Source: Heptranchias perlo (taxonomy: Eukaryota). Taken from it: a stretch of DNA of 64,000 nt. The notes under the pieces were generated by a model. It searched no databases, was not told the origin of the DNA, and saw only the letters and a list, made by a program, of their open reading frames with translations. The position numbers and the translations under genes were made by a program. Positions 51,701-61,789 of the stretch are shown one piece after another. Location: contig NC_090337.1 in NCBI RefSeq assembly GCF_035084215.1, positions 50,468,001-50,532,000 of the forward strand. The letters run 5' to 3'. Every line of letters begins with the position of its first letter. Position 1 is the stretch's first letter.

Positions 51701-54700
51701 CAAAGTAAATGATGCTAACTATATATAATTTATTATTTCATCTATATGCCCCCATTCCTTCTGAATCCCTTTCCCTTCCATTACCAGATTTGGCTCCTGC
51801 TCCATCTCAATCTCAGCCCCTTGCTCCCTCCCAATCTCCAGTTTCTTTCACTCATATATGTTACAACATGTCCTGGGTGGTTTCTCTAAATCTGGCCCAG
51901 TACCCACTTTTGATCCAATGCACACTGGTTGTCATCTTGCCCTGGGCTTTTAAAAAGATATAAAATGATAATTGAATAAAGCAGTAATGAGGTACGTGTT
52001 AGAGATATAAAGAGAGAGAGAGTGGGTGATATACTGAACAAAGCAAACAGATGAAAGGACTTACAGAATGAGGGAGAGAGAAAGGATGTGGAAAAGGAGT
52101 TGGAGACACATGGGAAGGTGTAGAAAAAAGGGGAAAAAGGAAAACAGAAAAACTAAGAGTCAGACAAGCAGAGATCCAGTTACAAGAAGAGAGATGCAAT
52201 TTTTAAAAAATTGTCGGTGGGCACTACCTCAGATTAACCTTACCTCGACAATGTTATGCTCCTGATCCACTTCAGTCTTCAGTTTGCTTATCAGATTGCG
52301 GAAACATTCTTCTATATCACACTGTTTTGAAACTTGAAAAGAAAAATTGTAAAAAATAATGTTTAAATGAACATATACCTCTATACAGTACATTAAAAAC
52401 CTTAGCCTGGATTTCCCGATACGTGCTGGCATCAGTGGAAGGGCAGCAGACATGCACTTCTGCCCGACCGTTAACTCTGCTGTTAATCCTGGCAGGCTTC
52501 CTAGGGTACTGCACAGTTAAGCTAGTTTATGTACTCGTCCTTGAATGGGCTGGAACCAACAAACTTTGATCCAGAGGTGATTGCACTAGCACTGAACTAA
52601 GCCGATTGCTTATTCATCTACTATGTGAAGACTAAGGCTTGTGTCATATCCAGTAAGCTAAATACAAAACAAAGGTTTCTGTTCAGCCCCAAGACAATGC
52701 TACAATACCAAATATTGTGTGTTTGAGGTGTGTACTTTTGTTCATAGAGGGAGAGCATGATAGAAATATCTGATGAAAGCCAAAAAGGTATTGCCATCAT
52801 CACCATGGCACACAAGCTCAACCATACAGCTCTCTCCATACAGCAGCTCCCTCTCTTTTCATCTGTTTCAATTGCACTCAATATATTCTATTTTCCGCTT
52901 TCCTTTTTTCAGAGAGAGAGAGAGATTCAAAAGCCTATGAACAGATTCTCTGGCATTCCCTCACATTTGCTTGCCTTTTTGTTCCTCTGTGTCCTTATAA
53001 GGACGATGTACTGGAAGCTGTTGCAAAACCATTACTTTTCCTTGTGCTGGTGTGCACCAGGATTTTAGGAAATGGTAGCAATCCAGGTCTTCCCTCTTGA
53101 AAATTAAAAGAAAAAAAGGATTCCAAAACCTCGAAACGTTGCGATAACATCAGGGATGCAGCCACGACACACCGAGATAAAATATTATTGGACTAAATGC
53201 CCTTAGCGCTGCAGAAATAAAGTAGGACTTTGCCACTCTCTCCCTTCTGGCATACACCATGGATTCACAGCTTGGTCATTGCAATTTTTTGAATACATTC
53301 TCAGGCTTTCACTACAAGAAATGTCTTAGGAAACTTAGTGTTGGCTTCCCCTACCGAGTCTTCAATGTTGGCTTCACTTAATGGACCAACTTAATCGCAG
53401 AAAAGTGACAAATGGACCAGGCAGCAGAATACTAAGAATTGGAGAAACATTTTTTTTGATCAATGGTTAGGTAGATAGATACATAGACACTAAATGGATA
53501 GATTTGTCCAATGCTTACCATTCAGTCCCAAGCTTGTGGTCAACTCATTTGTCTCCAAAGATTTTACCTCTCTGCTTTCTAATTTGTTGAACAGACTTTT
53601 CAATTTGTGTATAAAATCCACATCTGTTTCTAAGCTAGAAAAAATATGGAATTTTAACATTTAAGAAAACCAATTCTGTTTGCAATTTAGGAACAGAATA
53701 ATCTTGAAATTTCCAATGGAGTAATCCTAAATCCTTTAGGGTCTCTGAATGGTTGACAAATATCTTTTAAATGCAAATAAGCATTTGGGCACATACACAA
53801 AGGGGGTGAAATTCCTTCTGTCGATAATTTCAGCGAAAAAGTCATGAGAGTAGAAAATGGGAAATCCTACTTTGTATTCAAACTGACTTTTTTTTGGAGG
53901 AATTTCACCTCCAAACATGCTTGTTCAAAAAAATCACACTAACACTCTATGCCATGGGACGGTAACATACAAAGGTTCCGTCCATGCAACTTACAATACA
54001 GTGAGCTTCCAGTCCTAGCTAACTGGGGATAACTCATATGCTGTTATATAAGCAGGAACTTCACATTTTTTAGCAGAACAAATACACTGGCTAATGCTTT
54101 GGCTGGTATTCCACTTTACATAATGGATTATTTCTGCATTTTATGGATATTTCTATCTCTTTGCTGAAGTTTGAAAATTTCATTCCATTTTCCAGCCCCT
54201 TGCATCCATAATACGAAAAACAGAATTTGTTTTGGATATTATTTGCACTTTTCAAAGTGAACAATGTAATTGCTGGAGAACACTAATTTTGCCTGCCCCA
54301 ATATTACTGCTCATTAACTGCAACTAATTAGATGCACAGTATAGTTTCTAGACCCAACCCAATAATGTACTTTAATTTCAGAAACACCCATCCAACATTT
54401 TTATTTTCCTTATTTCCTACATCAGCCATTCTGAGTTTGATTAGCCAACCAGTACTGAATTACAGACTGTTCTGTGTTTTAGACTTGTCGCCCTCCCCAC
54501 ATTGACTGAGCACTGGATGGGTGCAGTGTGCCCAAAATGCACTACATCTCTCCAATCTTCAGTTACCCTTGAATCATCACAAGTAGTAGTTTCTAGCCTC
54601 TTGTGTTCTGACTGCATTATACACTTTGTTCTCAATTTCCAAGCAATAGTTCACCAAACTTTCCAGTTCAAGATTTTTCTAAATCTGGATCTTTACATTT

Positions 54701-56174
54701 ACAGAACCCATAAACGGTCTTACCAATGACCAATAGTGCTCTTTTAGCAGTCCGAAGTAATTCTAATGCCTACCTGGCAATGTAATGTTTAACTTCTGGG
54801 GTCATGAACCATGTTTGAAGCAACGTGTTCAGATAACAAGTGGCTCCTTGATTGATCAATCCAACAAAAGCTATGCATATAATAAAAAATGGACATTAAA
54901 GGAAAAGTTGATTAGAATCAAAACAGTAGCTGTTCTGCTGAGAGTCTTTCTTTACAACAACCTACATTTATATAATGCTCCTCACATGTAGGGAGGCATA
55001 TCAGAGTGCTTCACAATAAGGAGGAAAAAGATACAGTAGACAAGAGAGAGAGGGAACTGTGCAGAGCGTAGTGGCTGAATGAATGCTTAGCTGAATGAAT
55101 GAATGAATGAATGCCGGTCGCTTGTCGTTTTAATTCCCCCTCCCACTCCTACTCTGACCTCTCTGTCCTCGGCCTCTTACACTGTTCCAATGAAGCTCAA
55201 CGTAAGCTCGAGGAACAGCACCTCATCTTTCGCTTAGGTACTTTACAACCTTCCGGACTCAACATTGATTTCAATAACTTCAGATCATAACCACTCTTTT
55301 GTTTCTTAACCTGTCCCATTACCAGCCTCTTTGCCTTGCACCATCATCCCTTTTGTCATTTAATCACTTGTGACCTCTACCCTATCCCATTTTGTTCTTT
55401 CCTTCCCTCCCCTCCCTCCCCCCTTTCCCTGGCTCTGTACTTGTTTAAAAACTGTTAACTCTTTAACATCTTCCAGTTCTGATGAAAGGTCATCGACCTG
55501 AAACATCAACTCTGTTTCTTTCTCCACAGATGCCGCCTGACTTGCTGAGCTTCTCCAGCACTTTTTGTTTTTGTTTCAGATTTCCAGCATCGGCAGTATT
55601 TTGCTTTTGAGGTTACATAGCCCCTTGGCTGAAAAGCCTGGGGAATCTAGATGCATGTGGAGTATCCAGATTTAGTGCGGACATTGTGGACGGTGCCAGT
55701 TAGTATGCTGAAGATGTCAACTTGGGTGGAGGTCCACTTTCTGCCTGCATAGTACGCTGGAGGATGAATTTACAATTCTACAGTTCCACTGTTTCCCTTT
55801 TGGTGTGAAAGATCATCGATCTGAAATGGATAACTGTTTCTCTCTCTCTCCACAGATGCTGCCTGACCTGCTGAGTGTTTCCAACATTTTCTGTTTTTAT
55901 TTCAGCATTTGAACCTACTGCTTTTGTTGCCTTACCTGGTCTTTTTGAAATGAATCCACCAAACCCACTGAAAATGCTTTTCGTTGTACCTGTAAAAAAT
56001 CACCGAAAGAGTTGTAATAGCGGGGGCAGACTCTCGTACTGTTGTTTACAAAGCGATCATCAATCCCTGAATCGGCAGCTCAGTATTAAAGTATTGTCTT
56101 CATATTAATACACCTATGATTAAGTGAGAGTCGGGCTGCTTACCTGTACTTCTCCTGTTGATATGTGGCCACAT
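30717..56174 (-). CDS. Ubiquitin/Ubl-specific peptidase (peptidase C19), USP18-like catalytic-domain-only protein; about 368 aa core, about 434 aa with optional micro-exons
   Basis: Phase-consistent GT-AG exons: 56174-56144, 55989-55936, 54870-54774 (Cys box [23 protein letters not shown]), 53634-53519, 52332-52244 (QCDIEECF), 49986-49855 ([12 protein letters not shown]), 48154-48059 (YCDHC), 47631-47494 ([12 protein letters not shown]), 46655-46614, 34255-34130 (His box [20 protein letters not shown]...WYYFND), 32267-32245, 31886-31831 (TAYLIMYRR), 30823-30717 (stop; less certain). Lower-confidence in-frame exons: 44865-44835, 41798-41772 or 40417-40391, 40951-40920 or 39567-39536, 36635-36528. 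Confidence 0.85.
30919..31232 (+). mobile_element. LINE (CR1/L2-group) 3' end with A-rich tail
   Basis: [25 protein letters not shown]-type ORF end; tail shared with 1155-1290 and 59135-59335. Confidence 0.7.
34130..34255 (-). CDS. USP exon with the catalytic His and Asn/Asp boxes
   Basis: 126-nt exon reading [42 protein letters not shown], flanked by tttag| and |gtaact. Confidence 0.9.
34822..35270 (-). mobile_element. Deu-type tRNA SINE (near full-length)
   Basis: (gaaa)n tail, shared core, tRNA-like head gggacttgaa..actcagagg..tgctac. Confidence 0.7.
37500..39036 (+). mobile_element. 5'-truncated CR1 LINE with uninterrupted RT ORF (young copy)
   Basis: ORF 37438-38958 is open through all RT motifs ([18 protein letters not shown]) to the natural stop; 3' cttctatgattctat. 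Confidence 0.95.
39474..42234. repeat. Tandem duplication of about 1.38 kb (39474-40854 and 40858-42234)
   Basis: Both copies begin gaggtactt..gcagagatgg and end gggtagatgttga; nearly identical, as the paired ORFs 39656/41040 and 39978/41362 also show. Confidence 0.95.
42280..43745 (-). mobile_element. Degenerate Harbinger remnant nested in a CR1 3' fragment (42085-42279 and 43747-44040)
   Basis: Starts GGGCTAGAAATT; Myb/SANT remnant [16 protein letters not shown]; homologous to 6490-6700 and 9530-10020; CR1 text resumes after it. Confidence 0.65.
44530..44825 (+). mobile_element. CR1 LINE 3' end
   Basis: [17 protein letters not shown] motif; actatgatactat tail. Confidence 0.75.
45420..45670 (-). 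mobile_element. CR1 RT fragment
   Basis: WIRNWL...QGS...ADDTKL remnants. Confidence 0.55.
54774..54870 (-). CDS. USP exon with the catalytic Cys box
   Basis: 97-nt exon reading [31 protein letters not shown], flanked by tag| and |gtagg. Confidence 0.9.
55115..55610 (+). mobile_element. Penelope-like element 3' fragment
   Basis: [23 protein letters not shown] (GIY-YIG C-terminus) followed by the ctgatgaaagg...gatgc.gcctga tail. Confidence 0.7.
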
Positions 56175-56430
56175 CTTGTGGAACACGCGGAACAGGGAAG
56201 ACAAACTGCACCTGCAAGTACAGAAAATAATGACCAGGAGTTTCGCGGCTCGTTTAACTCCAGTCACCGACCACATCGCCCAAGTACAGTCTAGTCCCAA
56301 AACGTGTGGATTGCTCGCCGTCTTGCACCATAGAAACTGCGATTATTATTTTTTTCTCTCTACTAAGGACGATCCCCTTTATTATTTGCAAGGATCGGTA
56401 TTTCTCAGTTACAGTAAAACAAAACCTTCA

Positions 56431-56516
56431 ACTTTCCGTTTCAATTTCCCTATTTGCATTGTGACTTTGTTTGCAACGGTGCAGACGAGAAATAAGGGAG
56501 TTTAGTTTCAGTTTAC
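56431..56516 (-). promoter_or_regulatory. ISRE/IRF elements upstream of the USP gene
   Basis: ACTTTCCGTTTCAATTTCCC at 56431-56450 (GGGAAATTGAAACGGAAAGT on -, three GAAA units at 6-bp spacing) and AGTTTCAGTTTAC at 56504-56516; locally CpG-richer DNA 250-340 nt upstream of the ATG. Confidence 0.75.
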
Positions 56517-56888
56517 TGTAACGTGTCGTCCGTGAGGCCCACGTGTGCCAGGGTTATAAACCACGTGAATGAGCAGAAACTGTCTTGACGGGAAAATGAC
56601 AATATACCTTTTGGGCAGATTTTAATGTCCCTTTTATTTCTTTTAGTGCAGACTCCAGGAGATTGGCATCCAGGAATTAGGACGCAGGAGTCAGCTGTCA
56701 ACATTTCTGCCGATCCCGTGGCAGACTTTGGCAACTCAATACTGTTGTGTGGGGCGGGATTTTAACCTAACCCGCCTGTCGTTAAACTGACGAGATTGGG
56801 CACAATGCTGGTTTTACACACTGCCCGATTTAACTCTCCACTGTAGTCATTGGACGGGCTGTAAAACCGACATTCCACCCGATCCCAT

Positions 56889-58946
56889 GGGCTCGATTTT
56901 AGCGTCGGGTTTCCTGCGGGTTTCCAGCGGGGGGGGGACCCCGAAAATCCCAATATCCAATCACGTGACCGGATCGCGCCGAGATCCCGGCCACTTCCGA
57001 GTGCCGCGCTGACGTGCGGGGCTGCGTGCGCAGGCCCCGCTGGTGGGAATCCCGCAGGCAATTAAAGCCAGCGGGGTTCCACTTGAGTGTACTTACCTTG
57101 CTTGTTGAGGTCATTAAATGAGCTGAAGCAGCTGTCAAAACAGGAAGTGTGGGATTTTAGGTTCAAGGCAGTGTGTTTCACAATCTGGGGGAAACAGTCT
57201 CCCTTCAACCGGTCGTGTTCCAGCCAGCAGCCTGTGGCAGCTGCCAAGGTGCACTCCACAGCGGGTGGGAGAGCCCTCACCCACGCAGGAGGCCACCGCG
57301 TCACGTAGGGCAACCCCTGCCCTCCACCACCCCCCGCCAAGCCAGAGGACAGACCGACGTGAAACCGCAGCCCCAGTGCGAGGAACCACCTACCTACCCT
57401 GCACAACCCCTCAGACCAACACCTGCCAGATGGGTGGTGCGTTGACATCCTCGGAGGACAAACAGCATGACCAGCCCCAGCAGCCTCGCAGTCCACGCCG
57501 TCCACCTCTGACACGTGGAGCTCCACAACAGAGTGCTGTGACGCATCCACCTGTACAGCAGGAGGGAGGGCTACCGCAGAGAGAGACGCGTCGCAGAGGG
57601 CACTACCCTCCGCACAGGGTCCACAGACCGAGGCGCAGCTCCCCGGACCTCTCTGAGCAGCAGTGCACACGGAGGCGCAGATTCACTCGACATGTAGTCG
57701 TGGAGATCTGCAGGATCTTTCATGCCGAGCTGCTCCTGGCTGGCCCCAGCACCATCTGCTTACCTGTCGCTGCCAAAGTCACCACTGCCCTCCACAACCT
57801 CTCCTCCGCATCCTTCCAGGGTGCAGCCGGGTACACCGCCGATGTCTCTCAGTCGTCTGCGCGGAAGAGCCCTGCAAATACACCTGCACCTATTCTGCAG
57901 TAACACAATGGGTGGCATCAGTGGTGGGTCCTCATAGTGATACCCAGGAGCGGGCATTATTGGACACAACAGACAGGATTCGCGGAGACATGGCAGTGGT
58001 GGTGCCAATATAATGTGTGAAGTTTGTTGCTCTGAAATTCAATATAGGTAACACCCATGGCAAACCCTCAGACACCCTTGTGCATCCCCTTCATGCTCAC
58101 GACACGTTTGCCGTACGCTGCCTACTGCACATATGCGATGCATGCCCTGTGGCTGCAGCACAGGTGGTGGCAGGTTGAGTGAGGCTGGCCGTGAGAGAGA
58201 TGCACGAGAGGGTGAGTATGGGATAGAGCCATGAGATTGTATGAGGATTGGGTTGCGTGTTAGTGGCGGGTGAGTACTGGTGAGGTGAGTAGGTGCAGGT
58301 AAGATGAGGATGGGGTTTGAGTGGGTATGAGGGGTGATGTGACAGAGTAGTGTTGGCGCTGCCGAAGGAGATGTGGGGTGGGGGCAGTGTTGTGGCAGAC
58401 GGAGTGTAGGGGAAAGACTACGTGTTCTCATTGTGGCTGACCTACTGAGGTCATTGGAGCGCCTCCTGCACTGTATGCAGGTGGGCGATATGTTGGTGGT
58501 GCAGGTGACCCCCTCTGCCACCTCGAGCCAGGCCTTCTTGGTGGCAGAGGCAGGCCGCTTCCTCCCGCCCGCCGGGTGGAAGATCTCTGTCCTCCCCCGC
58601 CTCCTCACCCCATCTGATGATACCTGGGGTGAGGCATCATTAAACTGGGAGCAGCCTTTCCCCTGGGCTGCTCCATGCTGTAATTTGTTCTATTGGTTGC
58701 AGCATCTGTCAGTGGAGGACTGCCCCTTTAAGTAGAGAGCCTCCAGCTGACAGATCGTACTGCGCATGCGCAGCCCGCCCGATGCGCAGACCAGCAGCGC
58801 GGACCCCGGAGGAGCAGGTAAGTGATTCCAATTAGTGCATTGCCTGCTATGATCGTGCGGGCAACCCACTAATTTCACCGGGCGCGGAGGCCACGCACCC
58901 GAAACCCAACCCGCCGGAAACCCGCAGGCCTGCTAAAATCAGGCCC
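56889..58946 (+). mobile_element. Internally deleted Harbinger transposon with TIRs and CAT target-site duplication
   Basis: TIR GGGCTCGATTTTAGC / GCTAAAATCAGGCCC; CAT at 56886-56888 and 58947-58949; N-terminal transposase remnant (+, about 57430-57900, LPVAAKVTTAL) and Myb/SANT remnant (-, about 58410-58677, CIQCRRRSNDL). Confidence 0.88.
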
Positions 58947-59134
58947 CATGAGTTTCCTGCCCAACGAATTTGGTTCAAATTACTCTCCATCTACGATTTT
59001 GCCACCAGACTACGGGAAACGGATTTAGCAGCGAAAAGCAAAATACTGCAGATGCCGGAAATCTGAAACAAAAACAAAAAAACGCTGGAAACACTCAGCA
59101 GGTTCGGCAGCACCTGTGAAAGGAACAAAGCTCT

Positions 59135-59335
59135 TTTTTTTCTTTATTCGTTCACGGGATGTGGGCGTCGCTGGCAAGGCCAGCATTTATTGCCCATCCC
59201 TAATTGCCCTTGAGAAGTTGGTGGTGAGCCGCCTTCTTGAGCCGCTGCAGTCCGTGTGCTGAAGGTTCTCCCACAGTGCTGTTAGGAAGGGAGTTCCACG
59301 ATTTTGACCCAGCGATGATGAAGGAACGGCTCCCA
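59135..59335 (-). mobile_element. LINE 3' tail fragment
   Basis: Same family as 1155-1290. Confidence 0.7.
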
Positions 59336-60011
59336 GTGGAATCTCCACCAGTAAGATAAACTCACAGCTGCAAGGGTGGAAAACCTGGCAGTGATACATT
59401 GAGACCTGAGGGGAATTAAAAGGGGTGGAAAAGAGGTCAAGAGGAATACTTTTCTCAAGCCATGATTAGTTAGTAGCTGGGGCCTATATGAAGGCAGAAG
59501 AGCCCAATATTCGGCCTTCTCCCTCCATCCAGTGACTTAGGGGGCTTACTGCCAGTACCGCAGGGACCATCACCACCATTCTCCAGGCTGTCTTCGGGGT
59601 GGTAGTCAGTAAGCAGGGAAATATGATGGTTTGGCGACCCTCACCTCTCCAAGAGATGAGCAGGGAAGGAGGAGGAGGAAAATTGAAATTGGCAAGGAAT
59701 GCAACAGTAGGCTTCCTAACTGATTTTCCCACTTTTTCCACCACTACCCCACCTGACCTTGGGTGAGATAATGGTTGAAAATCCAACCTGATATCTCTGA
59801 ACTCTGGAGATTAAAGATTTCTTTTTTAAAGTAAGGAGTATATGAATCTACTGCTTGAAATTATAATCTCATAATTTATGAGAGAATTGCTCGTGCTCTG
59901 TGATCTATCATTTTGATGAGCATAAAAACACTGAAATATGGCAGTAGAAGGAATGAAAGAGCAGCCTTTGATTTTAAGGTTTGGCTGTAAACAAGAAAAG
60001 TGAGTAAAAAT

Positions 60012-60035
60012 GAAACTGAAAGTCTTATATAAATA
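60012..60035 (+). promoter_or_regulatory. ISRE plus TATA box of Ubl-B
   Basis: GAAACTGAAAGT at 60012-60023 followed closely by TATATAAA at 60026-60033, about 85 nt upstream of the ATG at 60116. Confidence 0.8.
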
Positions 60036-60115
60036 CTCTGACCGTGCTCTCAGCTCATAAGTGAGCTCCAAATTTCACAGCAAGTCATACAACAGTCAGT
60101 CTGAGGAAATTTGGA

Positions 60116-61069
60116 ATGGGCAGCCAATTCCAGGTCTTTGTAATAGGCATTAAAAATGAACGGATTTTAGTGGATGTCGGAAAAACAGAGGAAGAAATGA
60201 ACCGATTGGTTGTTTCAGAGTTTAGGAAGTTGCTGTTACTAAAATACCCTGGCAACATTGGTAAGTAGCAGTTAATTGTTTTTTTTTTGAAAGACATAAG
60301 TTAACCTAGAGTTGGGTACATAAAAGAAAGTGGCCCATTACCAGTGTGATGTGATGAACTGGATGTCCCTCTTCCTGGTGGGGAAGCAGTGGGGCTCTCT
60401 AACCTATGACTTGATCTGCATCATGATTAATCAGAACTGCACATCTAAAGCCTCGCCTCCCTACTAGCATTTGGATACAACAGGCGGGGGAGGGGTGGCT
60501 AATGGCAGCTCCTGCAGGGACAGGGGGAGAAAAATCCTGATCAGGGCAGGTAGGCAGCAGACGGTATAATGGCGTCATTTTCCAACATTTCCAACCAATC
60601 CCACCTGAGGTGGGACAGGATAATGTAGGGAAATCCAGCTTGAAGTCTTCTACAATGAAATATAACAGGTTCTGATCTTCCAATTTACAAATACGCTTTC
60701 TTGTATCGGTTTAGTTTTAAAAGTTGATTTTACATGAATAAATGTAGGTGATGGGTGAAGATTTGCACAAGATATCTGTGGGCCATATCTGCCATTTTCC
60801 ACATTTAAAATGATCACCATTGTGGATTATCTGTGTTTATCATTATCATTGAAGCCAATCATAAAAGGCCATATTTTATATTGACTGTGCAATTTAAAAA
60901 ATGTTTATTATTTACTTAATTTGCAGTAAATGATGCACGCCTGCTTTTTGCTGACATTGAACTGGAAGACAAAGAAACATTCGGGAAATACCAGATTAAG
61001 AACAGATCTACCATCCTGGTGGTGCTACAGCTGGACGGTGGGGCTGCACAGTTGCACTTTTTCAACTAA
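60116..61069 (+). CDS. Single-domain ubiquitin-like protein (Ubl-B), 95 aa precursor, ...VVLQLDGG-AAQLHFFN
   Basis: Absent from the ORF track. Exon 60116-60260 (|gtaagt) plus exon 60927-61069 (ttgcag|), with a phase-1 intron at the same position as in Ubl-A. Protein MGSQFQVFVIGIKNERILVDVGKTEEEMNRLVVSEFRKLLLLKYPGNIVNDARLLFADIELEDKETFGKYQIKNRSTILVVLQLDGGAAQLHFFN. Confidence 0.88.
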
Positions 61070-61696
61070 CTAGCCCTGTTGGAGATTTTCCTTGGAACAA
61101 TTTCTCCGATGCAACTCTAAAATTAAATGTCAACAAAAAATCCAAGGGCTAGGAATTATTGAAGGAATGGCATCAAATGTATTTATTCTTTGTTTAAATC
61201 CAGAGAAATTGTTACATGTTATTAAACTCTCATGCTTAGCATACTACAGCTTACTGGTTAGTTCGAATTGCTGGAAAATTCTTTTACTTTTCTTTACGCT
61301 GCCATTTTATTTACATTACAATTCAAAATACTGGATAATTTCATTTTTTTCATGGAAAATGACTTTGAATTAACAGGAGTCGGTTGTATTCTAAAGATGT
61401 TGGCTTGTAGCCACATCGATGTACATGACACTTAAGACAGCTTTTTAGGAAGAGGGGATGGAGTATCTCCTTGTCCTTTACTCTCATTCCTTGTACAATT
61501 CTATGTGCTGCCTCAAGTATTCACCTTTCCTAGAACCTTAAGGGTCTCTTTGCCCCATCCCTTGATCTGCCTGATTAATTATAACTGCCCATCTAGGGTC
61601 TGTTTTGTAGAAGTTTTGTGTAACTGTCCTGTCTTGTTATGCATATGTTGTGTTACCTCTGCATTATTTTTCTTGAAACCGTAAAATGAAAAAACA

Positions 61697-61707
61697 AATA
61701 AAATAAA
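61697..61707 (+). promoter_or_regulatory. Probable polyadenylation signal(s) of Ubl-B
   Basis: Overlapping AATAAAATAAA about 630 nt after the stop, following an AU-rich UTR with ATTTA motifs. Confidence 0.5.
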
Positions 61708-61789
61708 TGTGCATTGATGTCAATTGATTGAAGTGATTTTTCTGTTATAAACAAACAAATTCATCTAAGGACGAATTGAAAAACTTTTC

